Source: Acidimicrobiales bacterium (GTDB lineage: Bacteria; Actinomycetota; Acidimicrobiia; Acidimicrobiales; SZUA-35). From it: DNA of 64,000 nt. Within the stretch, counting starts at the first letter, position 1, and every line of letters begins with the position of its first letter. Positions 26,898 through 36,679 of the stretch are shown here, one piece after another. The stretch spans positions 38,166 to 102,165 of the forward strand of contig CBDCGP010000022.1 in assembly GCA_965216655.1 (NCBI GenBank), written 5' to 3'. The position numbers were made by a program, and so were the translations under genes. The notes beneath the pieces are model-generated. The model did not search any database. It had not been told where the DNA came from and saw only the letters and a program-made list of their open reading frames with translations.

Positions 26898-28631
26898 CTA
26901 CGGGTTGCCGCGGTAGAGGTTGGTGATCGGCATGCGGCGGTCCTTGCCGAACGCCCGGGTCGTGATCCGGGTGCCGAGCGGGCTCTGCTGACGTTTGAAC
27001 TCGGCGATGTCGACGAGGCGGGCGATCCGCTTCGACAGTTCGGGGTCGTGCCCGGCGGCGATGAGGTCGGCGGCAGTCTTGTTGTGTTCGACGATCTCGA
27101 TCAGCATCGGATCGAGCACCTCGTAGGGCGGCAGGCTCTGGTCGTCACGCTGGTCCGGCCGCAGCTCGGCCGACGGTGCTTTGGTCAGGATGTTCTCCGG
27201 GATGATCTCCCGCCCGGCCCGCCGGTTGTAGTCGCGGGCCAGTTCGTAGACCTGCAGCTTCCACACGTCCTTGATCACCGCGTAGGCTCCGGCGGTGTCG
27301 CCGTAGAGCGTGGAGTAGCCGACCGCCGTCTCGCTCTTGTTGCCGGTCGTCAGCACCAGCCACCCGAACTTGTTCGCCAGCGCCATCAGGATCACGCCCC
27401 GCAGGCGCGACTGCATGTTCTCCTCGGTCAGCCCCCACTCGTCGGTCCCGAACTCCGGCGTCAGCATCTCGAGAAACGCGGCGTGGGCCGGTTCGATCGG
27501 TATCGTCCGCCCCTCGATCCCGAGGTTCTGGCACAGCTTCTCCGAGTCGCTCAGCGAGTGGTCGGACGAGTAGCGGGACGGCATCATCACGGCGTGCACG
27601 TGGTCCGGTCCGAAGGCGTCGGCGGCCACGGTGGCGGTCAGCGCCGAGTCGATGCCGCCCGACAGGCCGAAGCAGATGTCGGTGAAGCCGTTGTTTTGGA
27701 CGTAGTCCCGGGCGCCGAGCACCAGCGCCGCCCAGATCTCCTCGAGCGGCTCCAGCAGCGGCTCGAGCTTCGGCGGCAGCCCCTCGACCGACACCGATTC
27801 GCGTTCGGTCACCACCGTGATCGGCAGCGAGACCGGCTTCGGATCGGTGACCGAGAAGTCGGCAACCTGGACCTGCTCGGCGAACTGCTTCGACCGGGCG
27901 ATGGTCGCACCTGTGGCGTCGACGACAACCGATGTTCCGTCGAAGACCAGCTCGTCCTGCCCGCCGACGAGGTTGACGTAGACCAGCGGCGTCGACGTCT
28001 CGGCGACTCGGCGGGCGATCATGGCGTCACGGGCCTCGACCTTGTCCTGGTGATAGGGGGAGGCGTTGATGTTGACGATGAGTTGGGCGCCGCCGTCGGC
28101 CATGACGTTGACCGGGCTCGGGTCGACCCACATGTCCTCGCAGACGCACACCCCGACCGTCACCCCGGCGATCGACCACAGCGGGTAGCTCTCGCCGGGC
28201 CGGAAGTAGCGTTTCTCGTCGAACACGTTGTAGTTGGGCAGCCACTGTTTGACGTAGCGGCCCTTGACCTCGCCGTTGGCGCAGAGGGCGGCGGCGTTGA
28301 GGACGGCACCGGTCGCGGGAGCGCCCGGCACTTTGGACAGATCGACGTCGGTCGGGTCCGGTTGATCGTTGTCGACATAACCGACGATCACGGCGCAGTC
28401 ACCTGCGGCCTCGGCGACCCGGGCCAGGGCGGCTCGGTTGTCGTCGATGAACTTCTGCTTGAACAGCAGATCCTCCGGTGGATAGCCGCAGATCGACAGC
28501 TCGCCGAGCACGGCCAGGTCGCAGCCGGCCTCCTCGGCCCGGCGGACCGCGGCGAGTATCAGGTCGACGTTGGTGTCGAGATCGCCGACGATGATGTCGA
28601 TCTGGCAGAGGGCAATTCGAAGCGATGGCAC
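26898..28631 (-). CDS. nadE: Glutamine-dependent NAD+ synthetase (nitrilase-like domain + NAD synthetase domain)
   Basis: 577 aa. CN-hydrolase part is RIALCQIDIIVGDLDTN...LGELSICGYPPEDL...VCEDMW. Synthetase part is GLSGGIDSALTA, with TGNKSETAVGYSTLYGD. Confidence 0.92.
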   Translation of the reverse strand: MPSLRIALCQIDIIVGDLDTNVDLILAAVRRAEEAGCDLAVLGELSICGYPPEDLLFKQKFIDDNRAALARVAEAAGDCAVIVGYVDNDQPDPTDVDLSKVPGAPATGAVLNAAALCANGEVKGRYVKQWLPNYNVFDEKRYFRPGESYPLWSIAGVTVGVCVCEDMWVDPSPVNVMADGGAQLIVNINASPYHQDKVEARDAMIARRVAETSTPLVYVNLVGGQDELVFDGTSVVVDATGATIARSKQFAEQVQVADFSVTDPKPVSLPITVVTERESVSVEGLPPKLEPLLEPLEEIWAALVLGARDYVQNNGFTDICFGLSGGIDSALTATVAADAFGPDHVHAVMMPSRYSSDHSLSDSEKLCQNLGIEGRTIPIEPAHAAFLEMLTPEFGTDEWGLTEENMQSRLRGVILMALANKFGWLVLTTGNKSETAVGYSTLYGDTAGAYAVIKDVWKLQVYELARDYNRRAGREIIPENILTKAPSAELRPDQRDDQSLPPYEVLDPMLIEIVEHNKTAADLIAAGHDPELSKRIARLVDIAEFKRQQSPLGTRITTRAFGKDRRMPITNLYRGNP

Positions 28632-28639
28632 GCTACAAA

Positions 28640-28830
28640 TGTATGGGTGAATCGACGCTCGGAAAAGGCAAAGATCGGGTGAATTTCAGCACTAGGAAAC
28701 GCCTGAAACCCGCGGAAACACGAGGGTTTGGTGGGATCGTCGATCGTCGCGACACCCGCCGCGGGCGGAAATCCACCATCCTGGTCGACGCTGCGCTACC
28801 ATTTCAGATGGCTGGGCGGTAGGACTCCGT
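28640..28830 (+). promoter_or_regulatory. Structured leader / divergent control region between nadE and the first M15B peptidase gene
   Basis: GGGTGAAT is duplicated (28645-52 and 28677-84). Nested helices are visible: AAACCC/GGGTTT, GGTGGgAT/ATCCACC enclosing CCGCC-gcg-GGCGG, and CTACC/GGTAG. There is no ORF. GC content is lower than in the flanking genes. Confidence 0.3.
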
Positions 28831-30060
28831 ATGTATTTTTCCCATGCCCCTAAAGCGGTGAAGGCGTTTGTTGCCATCTTCGTCGCGCTCGCCGTCGGAT
28901 CGGTTGCGTTCCCCTCCAACGCCGACCTCAAGGACGATCTGGAGAAGCTCGAACAGGAGCGGGAACAGAACCAGGCCGACATAGATGCCAAGACCGCCCA
29001 GGTCGATGCCGCCACGGCCGAGGTCGACGAGGTCACCGCCGCCCTCGCCGCGCTCAACGCCCAGGTCAACGAGCAGGAGGCGGAACTCGCCACGGCCGAG
29101 GACAAGCTGAACGAGGCCGAGGCCCGGTTCGCCGAGGCCACGGCGGCGGTCAGGATCAAGACCGCCGAGATCGAGCTGCTGAAGGATCAGGTGAAGAACA
29201 AGGCCATTTCGGCCTTCGTCGGCCGGGGCGGGGATTCGAACCCGATCATGGAGGACATCGATCCCAATGAGGCCGTTCGCCGGCGGTCGCTGGTGCTGTC
29301 GGTGACGCAGGCGGATCTCGACATCACCGAATCACTGCGTACTGCACAGGAGGAATTGGCCATCCAGCAGGCATTGGCCGACCAGGCGCAGGCCGACGCC
29401 GAAGTGTTCCGCAACGAGATGGCCGACCCTTCTCGGCGAACTCGAGATCTCCCGCGACCAGCAGGCGGCGCTGGCTGAGGAGGCCGAGGCCCGGCTCGAC
29501 GCCCGTCTGGCGGAGCAGGCAGATCCTCGAGGAGATGGATCGTGAGCTCGCCGGCAAGATCAAGGAGACCAACGACGAGTTGGCCCGCCAGGCCGCACTG
29601 GCGGCCCAGCGAGCTGCCGCCTCCCGCAACCCGGCCTCCAGCAGCAGTGGGGGTAGCTACCCGTCGGCCGATCAGATCACGAAGGTCCAGGGTTTCTGGG
29701 TGCATGTCGACATCGCCGGCAACCTCGACGCGATGTTGAACCACGCGGCCTCCGACGGGATCCACTTCGGCGGCTGGGGATATCGTGATCACCAGGCTCA
29801 GATCCGCCTGCGCAAGTCACATTGCGGCACCAGCAACTACGCTGATCTGGCACATGCCGTCATCGCAGTGCCGGCCGCCGACCGCCCGTCCCGGCGCCTC
29901 GATGCACGAGCAGGGCAAGGCGATCGACTTCACCTATGGGGGCCGCACGATCGGCACCCGTTCGAGTCCCGGCTACAAGTGGTTGGCCGCCCACGCCGCA
30001 TCGTACGGCTTCTACAATCTGCCGTCCGAGCCCTGGCACTGGTCCACCAACGGTCGCTGA
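28831..30060 (+). pseudogene. Secreted coiled-coil + peptidase M15B (VanY/D-Ala-D-Ala carboxypeptidase-like) gene, interrupted by three +1 frame changes
   Basis: A signal peptide and long coiled coil are in frame 1 up to ~29428. The continuation LLGELEISRDQQAALAEEAEARLDARLAEQ is in frame 2. QILEEMDRELAGKIKE...GWGYRDHQAQIRLRKSHCGTSNYA is in frame 3. IWHMPSSQCRPPTARPGASMHEQGKAIDF...NLPSEPWHWSTNGR is back in frame 1 (ORFs 28831..29478, 29535.., 29785..30060). Confidence 0.7.
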
Positions 30061-30309
30061 CAGGCCGCTGATCTCGTTCCTTCGGGTCGAGAACGGGCTC
30101 ATTCGGAGGCGACCGTCGCAACTGGAACGGTTGAACGGTCAAAGAGTTAAGACTTGCTTTGGGCTTCTTCAAGGCTGGACCAGCATTGTCGCTTCATCCG
30201 CGTCGTTGTTGACGGATTGCTAAGCTAGGCTGCCATCGGCCAAGTATTACGGTCGTGTTGCGACTGGCAGGAGTATTGGGTAGAGGAGCGCAGCTTCCTC
30301 AGGCGGCAG

Positions 30310-31563
30310 ATGCACATGTCATTGATTGGGACCTTATTCGAGGGTGGCGACCATCGAGGCCGGCGGCGCACGGTGCGCCGACTGTCGGTGTTCTTTGCAC
30401 TGTTCGTGATCGTGGGCGCGGCCCCGTTCCCGTCGGTTGCCCAGGACCCATCGTCAACAACCTCGACCACCGAGTCGACCACCACCACCGAGGCCACCAC
30501 GACCTCGGAGGCGACGACCACCACCGAGGCCACAACCACGACGGCCGAGCCCACCACCACAACCGAGGCCACCACCACGACCGCGGAGGCGACGACCACC
30601 ACCGCTGAGACCTCGACGACGGCGTCGGAGACCTCGATGCCCAACACCGATGAGGCTGGCGACGACGACCTCGCGGCACCGTGTCGGAGGATCTCGCTGG
30701 GGCGTTGGCGGTATGGAATCAGCGGTGTGCGCGACAAGGAGAAGGAGCTGGAAACGGCGGAGGCGACGCTCGGCTCGGCCGAGAACCGGCTGGCCGCCAC
30801 CACCGCTCAGATCGAGGCCATCAGGTCGGAGCTCGCTCAGCTGGAGGTGGAGGTCATCGACCGTGCCATCTCGGCCTTCCAGGATCAGGATCTCTCCGAA
30901 CTCGACTTCATCAGCTACGGGCAGGCGCAGGAGGCCACCCGGATGAGGACCCTCCTGGCCCTTGCCGTCAATCAGAACTTCGACGTTGCCGAGGAGCTGC
31001 GCCAGGCCCAGGAGGATCTCGCCATCCAGCAGGCGATCGCCGACGAGGCGAAGGCCGACGCCGACGATGCCCGAGCGGTGATCGCCGAGGAGCTGGTCGA
31101 GTTGGAGAAGGCTCGGGATCAGAAGGCGAGCCTCACGGCCAAGGCGGCCGACAGCCTCGGTGTCGTGACCGAGGACGACATCGTGACCGTGCGGGGCTTC
31201 CGGGTCCACCGCGACATCGCCGACGCGGTCGCCGGCATGGTGGATCACGCGTCGTCGGAGGGGATCAACCTCGGTGGCGGTGCCTTACCGGTCGTTCGAG
31301 TCGCAGATCGAGATCCGCAAGAACAACTGCGGCACGTCGTACTACGCGATCTGGCAGATGCCGTCCCGTCAGTGCCGTCCGCCCACGGCCCGCCCCGGCG
31401 CCTCGATGCACGAGCGGGGCATGGCCCTCGACTTCACTTGCGACGGTTCCTGATCCGTAGCCGCAGCAGCAAGTGTTTCTCCTGGCTGGCCGCTAACGCC
31501 GGCAACTACGGGTTCAAGAACCTGCCATCGGAGCCCTGGCACTGGTCGGTCAACGGCCGCTGA
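30310..31563 (+). pseudogene. Paralogous secreted coiled-coil + peptidase M15B gene; catalytic segment is out of frame with the long ORF
   Basis: The 417-aa ORF stays open, but its residues from ~31285 to ~31450 are Arg/Pro-rich and do not look like real protein sequence. The +1 frame there reads YRSFESQIEIRKNNCGTSYYAIWQMPSRQCRPPTARPGASMHERGMALDFTCDGS*, which matches the paralog. An extra T at 31285-86 and a missing C at 31449-50 restore a continuous M15B domain ending NLPSEPWHWSVNGR. Confidence 0.65.
30451..30636 (+). repeat. Thr/Glu/Ala low-complexity tandem repeat (ACC-ACC-ACC-GAG-GCC-like units) in the linker of the second M15B paralog
   Basis: The segment encodes SSTTSTTESTTTTEATTTSEATTTTEATTTTAEPTTTTEATTTTAEATTTTAETSTTASETS. 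The alternate-frame ORFs here (30437..30946 and 30299..30679) are Pro/Arg-rich artefacts. Confidence 0.8.
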
Positions 31564-31616
31564 CACCGCCCCCCGGGGCAAATTTCAGAGTCGGGCGGGT
31601 TTCGGGGTAGAACAGG

Positions 31617-33183
31617 GTGGTGACCGAGCCGTTCGAACTGTCGGCGTGCGCCGCTCGGGCGGCTGTGGCGGAGGGCGACCTGTCGGCCGAGGAACTGACG
31701 AGGTCCTGTCTCGAACGGATCGAGCGCCTCGATCCAAAGGTCAATGCGGTCGTGACGGTGGCAGCCGAGCAGGCACTGGCCGAGGCCTCGTCGCTCGATC
31801 GGGAGCTGCGGCGACACGGGCCGGGATCGATGCGACGAGCGGCCGCCGTGGCCGAACAACCGCTGCTCGCACTCCCCGGTCGCGATCAAGGATCTGCAGC
31901 CGACGGCCGGAATCCGCACCACACTCGGCAGCACTGACTTCGCCGACCACGTGCCCGACACCGACGCCGGCATCGTGGCCAGGATCCGGGCCGCCGGTGG
32001 GATCGTGATCGGCAAGACCAACATCCCCGAACGCAGCATCGGTGCCAACACGGTGAACCGGCTGTTCGGGGCCACCGGCAACCCGTTCGACCCGACGTTG
32101 ACCTGCGGTGGTTCATCCGGCGGCTCCGCCGTGGCGCTGGCTGCTGAGATGGCACCGTTGGCCACCGGTTCGGACCACGGCGGCAGTCTGCGGATCCCGG
32201 CGTCGTACTGTGGCGTGGTCGGGTTCCGGGCCACGCCGGGAGTCGTGCCGTTCGACGAGCGGGCGATCAGCCAGACCTTCTACAGCGTGCAGGGCCCGAT
32301 GGCCCGCACCGTCGACGACCTGGCGTTACTGCTGTCGGTCATCGCCGACCGCGGCGGCAGCGGATCGTCGGACCCGATGGCCTTTCCGCTTGACTCGAAG
32401 ACGCTGACCGAGCTCGAACCCATCGACATCGCGGAGCTCCGGATCGGTGTGTCGGCTGATCTCGGTGGCGTACTGGTTTCGGGTGCGGTGCGCGTCGAGT
32501 TCGACCGCCGAGTGGCGTGGCTGGCCGACCGGGCCGGAGCGTGTGTGGAGATCGAGCTCGATCTGCGCGACGCACTCGAGGTCGACTGGCGGCTCCGGGC
32601 CGACATCTTCGCCACCTACTACCACCGTGAGGCCGAGGATTGGGATGAGGGTTTCAATCCGAACATCAGAGCGAGTTACGAGACGGCGATGGCCGCGTCG
32701 GAGGCAGAGATCGCCCGGGCCCGGGTGCGTCAGATGGAGCTGATCCGATCGACCGAGGCGGCGATGGCCGATGCCGGTGTCGACGTGGTGCTCTGCCCCG
32801 GGGTCAGCGTCGCCCCGTTCCCGTGGCGTCAGCTGTATCCGACCGAGATCGACGGCACACCGGTCGAGAACTACATGGCCTGGCTGACCCTGACCGCAGC
32901 CTGGACGGTGGTCGGGCAACCGGTGGTGGCGTTGCCGGCCGGGACCGACGCCAACGGCCTACCGTTCGGTGTGCAGGTCGTCGGCCACCGGTACCGCGAT
33001 CGGGAGGTACTGTCCGCCGCTCGAGCGCTCGAAGCAGCCTGGGCCGGCACCGGGTTCGCCCGCCCCCGCCCCGACGTCGAGACACTGGCCGCCACCAACG
33101 TCGATCTCAGCCCCGATGCGACCGCCCTAGTATTCATTGGTGATCGAAACTCGACCGCTGGAGTTTCGCCCTCGATGTTCTGA
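31617..33183 (+). pseudogene. Amidase-signature (GatA-like) amidase with one frameshift in a C-run
   Basis: The N-terminus (ORF 31617..31937) and the body (ORF 31951..33183) are in different frames. The body carries GKTNIPE and the signature GGSSGGSAVALAAEMAPLATGSDHGGSLRIPASYCGVVGF. Removing one C from CCCC at 31874-77 gives ..PLLALPVAIKDLQPTAGIRTTLGSTDFADHVPDTDAGIV.., which restores the conserved segment containing the catalytic Lys. Confidence 0.75.
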
Positions 33184-33206
33184 GCGAGTTCTGAGCCGGT
33201 GACATC

Positions 33207-34664
33207 GTGACTTCACCCGTTCTCGACCTCCTCGCCGGCTCCCGGTCATCGATCGAGTTGGACGACGGCGTCGTTACCGGGCCGGAGTTGGTCGAACGCG
33301 GCCGCCGTGTCGCCACGGAGTGGGCTCGGCTTGGGCTGGAGCCGGGAGACCGGGTTGGGCTGTGGTCGCCCAACACCAGCCGATATCTCGAAGCGCTCGC
33401 CGCCTGCGCGGCCGGTGGATACGCCGCCGTCTCGGTCAACACCCGCTGGTCTCGGGACGAGGCTGACACCCTCCTGCATCGATCGGGGGCTCGGCTCTTG
33501 CGCACCGCCGAGGAGGATCGCAGGCTCGATGTCGTCGACGTCAAGACTGCTGATCGACCGGCCGTCGGAGCACTGGTGCTCGGCGGCGATCAGCCGTTTG
33601 TCGTCTTCACCACCTCGGGTACCACCAGTAGACCCAAGATGGTGCTGCACGGACAGCGATCGATCGTCGACCACGCCAACGACGCCGCGCGCGCCTTCGG
33701 CTACGGCCCGACCGATCCGGTGCTCGTGGCCATGCCGCTCTGCGGGGTCTTCGGCCTGACCAGCTTTACCGCCGCCGTCGCGGCCGGCGCTCCGGTCATC
33801 ATGCCGTCGGAGATCGACCCGGTCGAGATCGCGGCCACCGTCGAGCGACGAGGTGTCGTGGCCATGAACGGTTCCGACGATCTCTTCCACCGCATGCTCG
33901 CCACCGACGCCGATCTGTCGTCGATCCGTGTGGGCGGCTACGCCCGGTTCAACACGAGCCTCGACGGAATCGTGGCCCGAGCCGACGCCCGTGGCATGAC
34001 GCTCACCGGGCTCTACGGCATGAGTGAGGTTCAGGCCCTCTACTCGCTACGGGATCCGACGGCTCCGGCCGACGTGAGGGAACGTGCGGGCGGTACGGCC
34101 GTGTCCACCCGGGCCGAGGTGAGGGTCGTCGACGACGAACTCCAGTTGAAGGGCCCCAGCCTGTTCGCCGGGTACCTGGCGGAAGGTGGCTCGTCGATCG
34201 ACGTCGACCTGACCGCGTCGAACGTCACCGCCGATGGCTGGTTTCGCACCGGTGACGCGGCGGAGGTGGACGGCGATCCCGACCCGCAGGGACGGCCGAC
34301 GTTCACCTACAAGACCCGCATGGATGACGTGCTGCGCCTCGGCGGATTTCTTGTCGCACCGCCCGAGATCGAGTCGGTCCTGATGAGCCACCGCGGGATC
34401 GGGGCCGCCCAGGTGGTGGCCGTCGACCGGCCCAGTGGCGCCCGCCCGGTGGCCTTCGTCATCAGACAACCCGACGCCGCCGATGCTTGGGACGAGTCCG
34501 CCGTGATCGACCACTGCGAAGCCCAGCTCGCCCGCTACAAGGTGCCGGTCCGGGTCCTGGTGATCGACGAGTTCCCGACCACGCCGTCGGCCAATGGCAC
34601 GAAGATCCAGAAGGTCAAGCTCCGGGAGATGGCGGCGGCCACCCTCGCTGACGAGGAACGTTAA
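33207..34664 (+). CDS. AMP-dependent synthetase/ligase (acyl-CoA synthetase family)
   Basis: The AMP-binding motif VVFTTSGTTSRPKMV is present, with TGDAAEVD...YKTRMDDVLRLGGFLVAPPEIE and a C-terminal GKIQK-like NGTKIQKVKLRE. Confidence 0.85.
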   Translation: MTSPVLDLLAGSRSSIELDDGVVTGPELVERGRRVATEWARLGLEPGDRVGLWSPNTSRYLEALAACAAGGYAAVSVNTRWSRDEADTLLHRSGARLLRTAEEDRRLDVVDVKTADRPAVGALVLGGDQPFVVFTTSGTTSRPKMVLHGQRSIVDHANDAARAFGYGPTDPVLVAMPLCGVFGLTSFTAAVAAGAPVIMPSEIDPVEIAATVERRGVVAMNGSDDLFHRMLATDADLSSIRVGGYARFNTSLDGIVARADARGMTLTGLYGMSEVQALYSLRDPTAPADVRERAGGTAVSTRAEVRVVDDELQLKGPSLFAGYLAEGGSSIDVDLTASNVTADGWFRTGDAAEVDGDPDPQGRPTFTYKTRMDDVLRLGGFLVAPPEIESVLMSHRGIGAAQVVAVDRPSGARPVAFVIRQPDAADAWDESAVIDHCEAQLARYKVPVRVLVIDEFPTTPSANGTKIQKVKLREMAAATLADEER

Positions 34665-36658
34665 GGTTCCTCGAGGTGGAGGGCGACACCGTGGATGACC
34701 CCGTCGCCGTCGACGAAGAGATCGACGGCGCTCCACTCGAGGCAGGAGTCGATCGAACCCTCCAACGGCAGGATGCCTATTCGGGTGTAGGACGCCAGCT
34801 CGGGTGGTGAGGGGATCGCCTCGGGTCCGAAACAGCGGGCGTGGGGTCCGACCACGACCTCCGACGGTGACGGCACCAGGTCCAACACATTGAACGGCCC
34901 GACCACCGCCGCGAACGGCCTGCTGTTCAGCGTCCACGCCGACCGCCGGAAGAGCTCGGTGACGTCGCGGCGGGCGACAACCTCGGAGCCCAGGGCCAGG
35001 AGAACCTCGTCGGCCAGCGGCAACTCGTTGATCACGCCCTCGCCACCGCTGGCGAAATCGGCCATGGTGAATCCGAGTGTCCTCTGGGATGCGGTCGGTT
35101 CGGCTCTGGCGTACTCGACAACGGAAACGCCGTCGGCGGTGAGGTGGGCCTCGCCCCATTGATCGTCGGCGACCATCGACTCGACCACCGAGATCAGGCG
35201 GTTCGTGGCGATGGACGAGTGGGCGGCCCCGGACGGATCCGTCCAGTTGGAGAATCTTCGGCCGCTCTCCTCGGTCGGGTCCTGGAGCTCGGCCGTCAGA
35301 CGCTCGGCGGTTTCGTCGCCGGTCAGGCCGACCAACGTCACGGCATCGTCGGTGACGGTGGCGGCCAACGGCTCGGGGAAGCGGCGACCGGGCATGAGGT
35401 CGACCCAGGCGTCACCGAAGTCTCTGCTCAGGACCGCCTTGGGGCCGTCGGGATGATGGGCCCAGATCCAGGTGTCCTGCTCACCCTCGGTGAAGGGGCC
35501 TCGCAGTGATCGGGCGAATCCGGACCACATCCAACCGTTCTCGTCCGGGTCGTCGTTGCCGGACACGTACAGCAGCCCGGGCTGTTCCGGGTCGCCCATG
35601 CCGGTGGGGTCGCAGGTCGACAGCTGGAGCGCCGCCAGCCGGAACGCATCGGCGTCCTCGGCGGTGAAGTCCTCATTGAACGACGAGGGGTCGGTCATCT
35701 CGGCCGGGGGCTCGATCTCCGCCCGCATGGTCGGGCAGACGTCGAGGAGGTCGGGATTCAGACCATCCGAACTCACGTCTGTCCCGACGAGCGCAGCGGT
35801 TCCCCACCGGGCCCAGAACGTTCGGGTGCAGTCTCTTCCTCCGGATGAGCACCGCAGGTCGTACACGATGTGCTGCATCATCGGGTCGGCCGGTTCGGTG
35901 GGATAGCGGGCCATCATCACGGACCGGCCGTCGAAGTCGACGAGGCTGAGCCACGGTGCGAACACACCGCCGGCGTCGACCGTCCACTCGACGATCCCGT
36001 CGCGCTCCACCTCGAGTCGGGCCGGGGATCGGAACTCGGTGACATAGCCGTCCCCGTCGACATCGGCGTCGGGCGGCAGTATCCGCACCGTGATGCCGTT
36101 GTCGGCGGTGATGAAGTCGCCGTCCTCCCCGAGGGCGGTGTTCGATCGCACCGATCCGGCACCCTCGGCGATCACCTCCGGATCGTCGAAGGGGTTGACG
36201 ATGATGTTGCCCTCGCCGTCGTGGGTGACCCCGAAGACCTGGTCGACGTCGGTCTGGACCTCCTCGCGCTCGGTCCCATCGATGGTTCGCCGCCACAGCG
36301 AGCCGTTGAGCACGTAGTAGATCGACCCGTCCGTCGCCCGCACCACCGACGGACGGTTGCTGCCCGGGATACCGGTGAGCGAATCGATGGTGCGACCCTG
36401 GTCGTCGACCAGGCCGTCGAAGTCGTTGACGACCCACGCCACCTCGGCCAGGTCGAACGGCGGCGCGGTTGTGGTGGTGGTGGCCACCGTCGAGGTGGTG
36501 GTGTCGGTGTCGGCGAGGGCTTGAACGTCGGATGACTCGCTGGTCGACGTGGTGCCGGCGTCGTCGTCGGAGTCGGCACGGATGCAACCGGCCGCAAGCA
36601 CGCAGAGGGCCAGGCCAATGACGACCACTGGTGGACGACGGGAGCGCATACACCCCAT
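34661..36658 (-). CDS. Large lipoprotein of unknown function (alternative start 36649)
   Basis: MRSRRPPVVVIGLALCVLAAGC provides a lipobox, followed by an acidic, Thr-rich linker. No recognisable domain. Its stop overlaps the stop of the convergent acyl-CoA synthetase gene (TTAA at 34661-64). Confidence 0.6.
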   Translation of the reverse strand: MGCMRSRRPPVVVIGLALCVLAAGCIRADSDDDAGTTSTSESSDVQALADTDTTTSTVATTTTTAPPFDLAEVAWVVNDFDGLVDDQGRTIDSLTGIPGSNRPSVVRATDGSIYYVLNGSLWRRTIDGTEREEVQTDVDQVFGVTHDGEGNIIVNPFDDPEVIAEGAGSVRSNTALGEDGDFITADNGITVRILPPDADVDGDGYVTEFRSPARLEVERDGIVEWTVDAGGVFAPWLSLVDFDGRSVMMARYPTEPADPMMQHIVYDLRCSSGGRDCTRTFWARWGTAALVGTDVSSDGLNPDLLDVCPTMRAEIEPPAEMTDPSSFNEDFTAEDADAFRLAALQLSTCDPTGMGDPEQPGLLYVSGNDDPDENGWMWSGFARSLRGPFTEGEQDTWIWAHHPDGPKAVLSRDFGDAWVDLMPGRRFPEPLAATVTDDAVTLVGLTGDETAERLTAELQDPTEESGRRFSNWTDPSGAAHSSIATNRLISVVESMVADDQWGEAHLTADGVSVVEYARAEPTASQRTLGFTMADFASGGEGVINELPLADEVLLALGSEVVARRDVTELFRRSAWTLNSRPFAAVVGPFNVLDLVPSPSEVVVGPHARCFGPEAIPSPPELASYTRIGILPLEGSIDSCLEWSAVDLFVDGDGVIHGVALHLEEP

Positions 36659-36679
36659 GCTTACACGATCTGCGGCCGG

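Noticed and set aside
26616-28682. 688-aa plus-strand ORF covering the nadE locus
   Set aside because: It is antisense to a full-length, motif-rich NAD+ synthetase gene. Its composition is Gly-, Arg-, Val- and Asp-rich and low in complexity.
28735-28760. GATCGTCGATCGTCG upstream of nadE as a degenerate NrtR operator related to TTATCGTC-N5-GACGATAA
   Set aside because: It shares only the ATCGTC core, as a direct rather than inverted repeat. That similarity is too weak to claim.
28640-28830. Canonical ydaO/c-di-AMP riboswitch call
   Set aside because: Only GGGUGAAU-like elements are present. I could not find the conserved ACGGGGA and AGCUAACC-type segments or a convincing pseudo-symmetric fold. 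It is kept only as a low-confidence structured leader.
30299-30946. Pro/Arg-rich ORFs overlapping the Thr/Glu/Ala repeat (30437..30946 +, 30299..30679 -, 30225..30803 -)
   Set aside because: They are alternate-frame readings of the ACC/GAG/GCC tandem repeat inside the M15B paralog. Their composition is dictated by the repeat.
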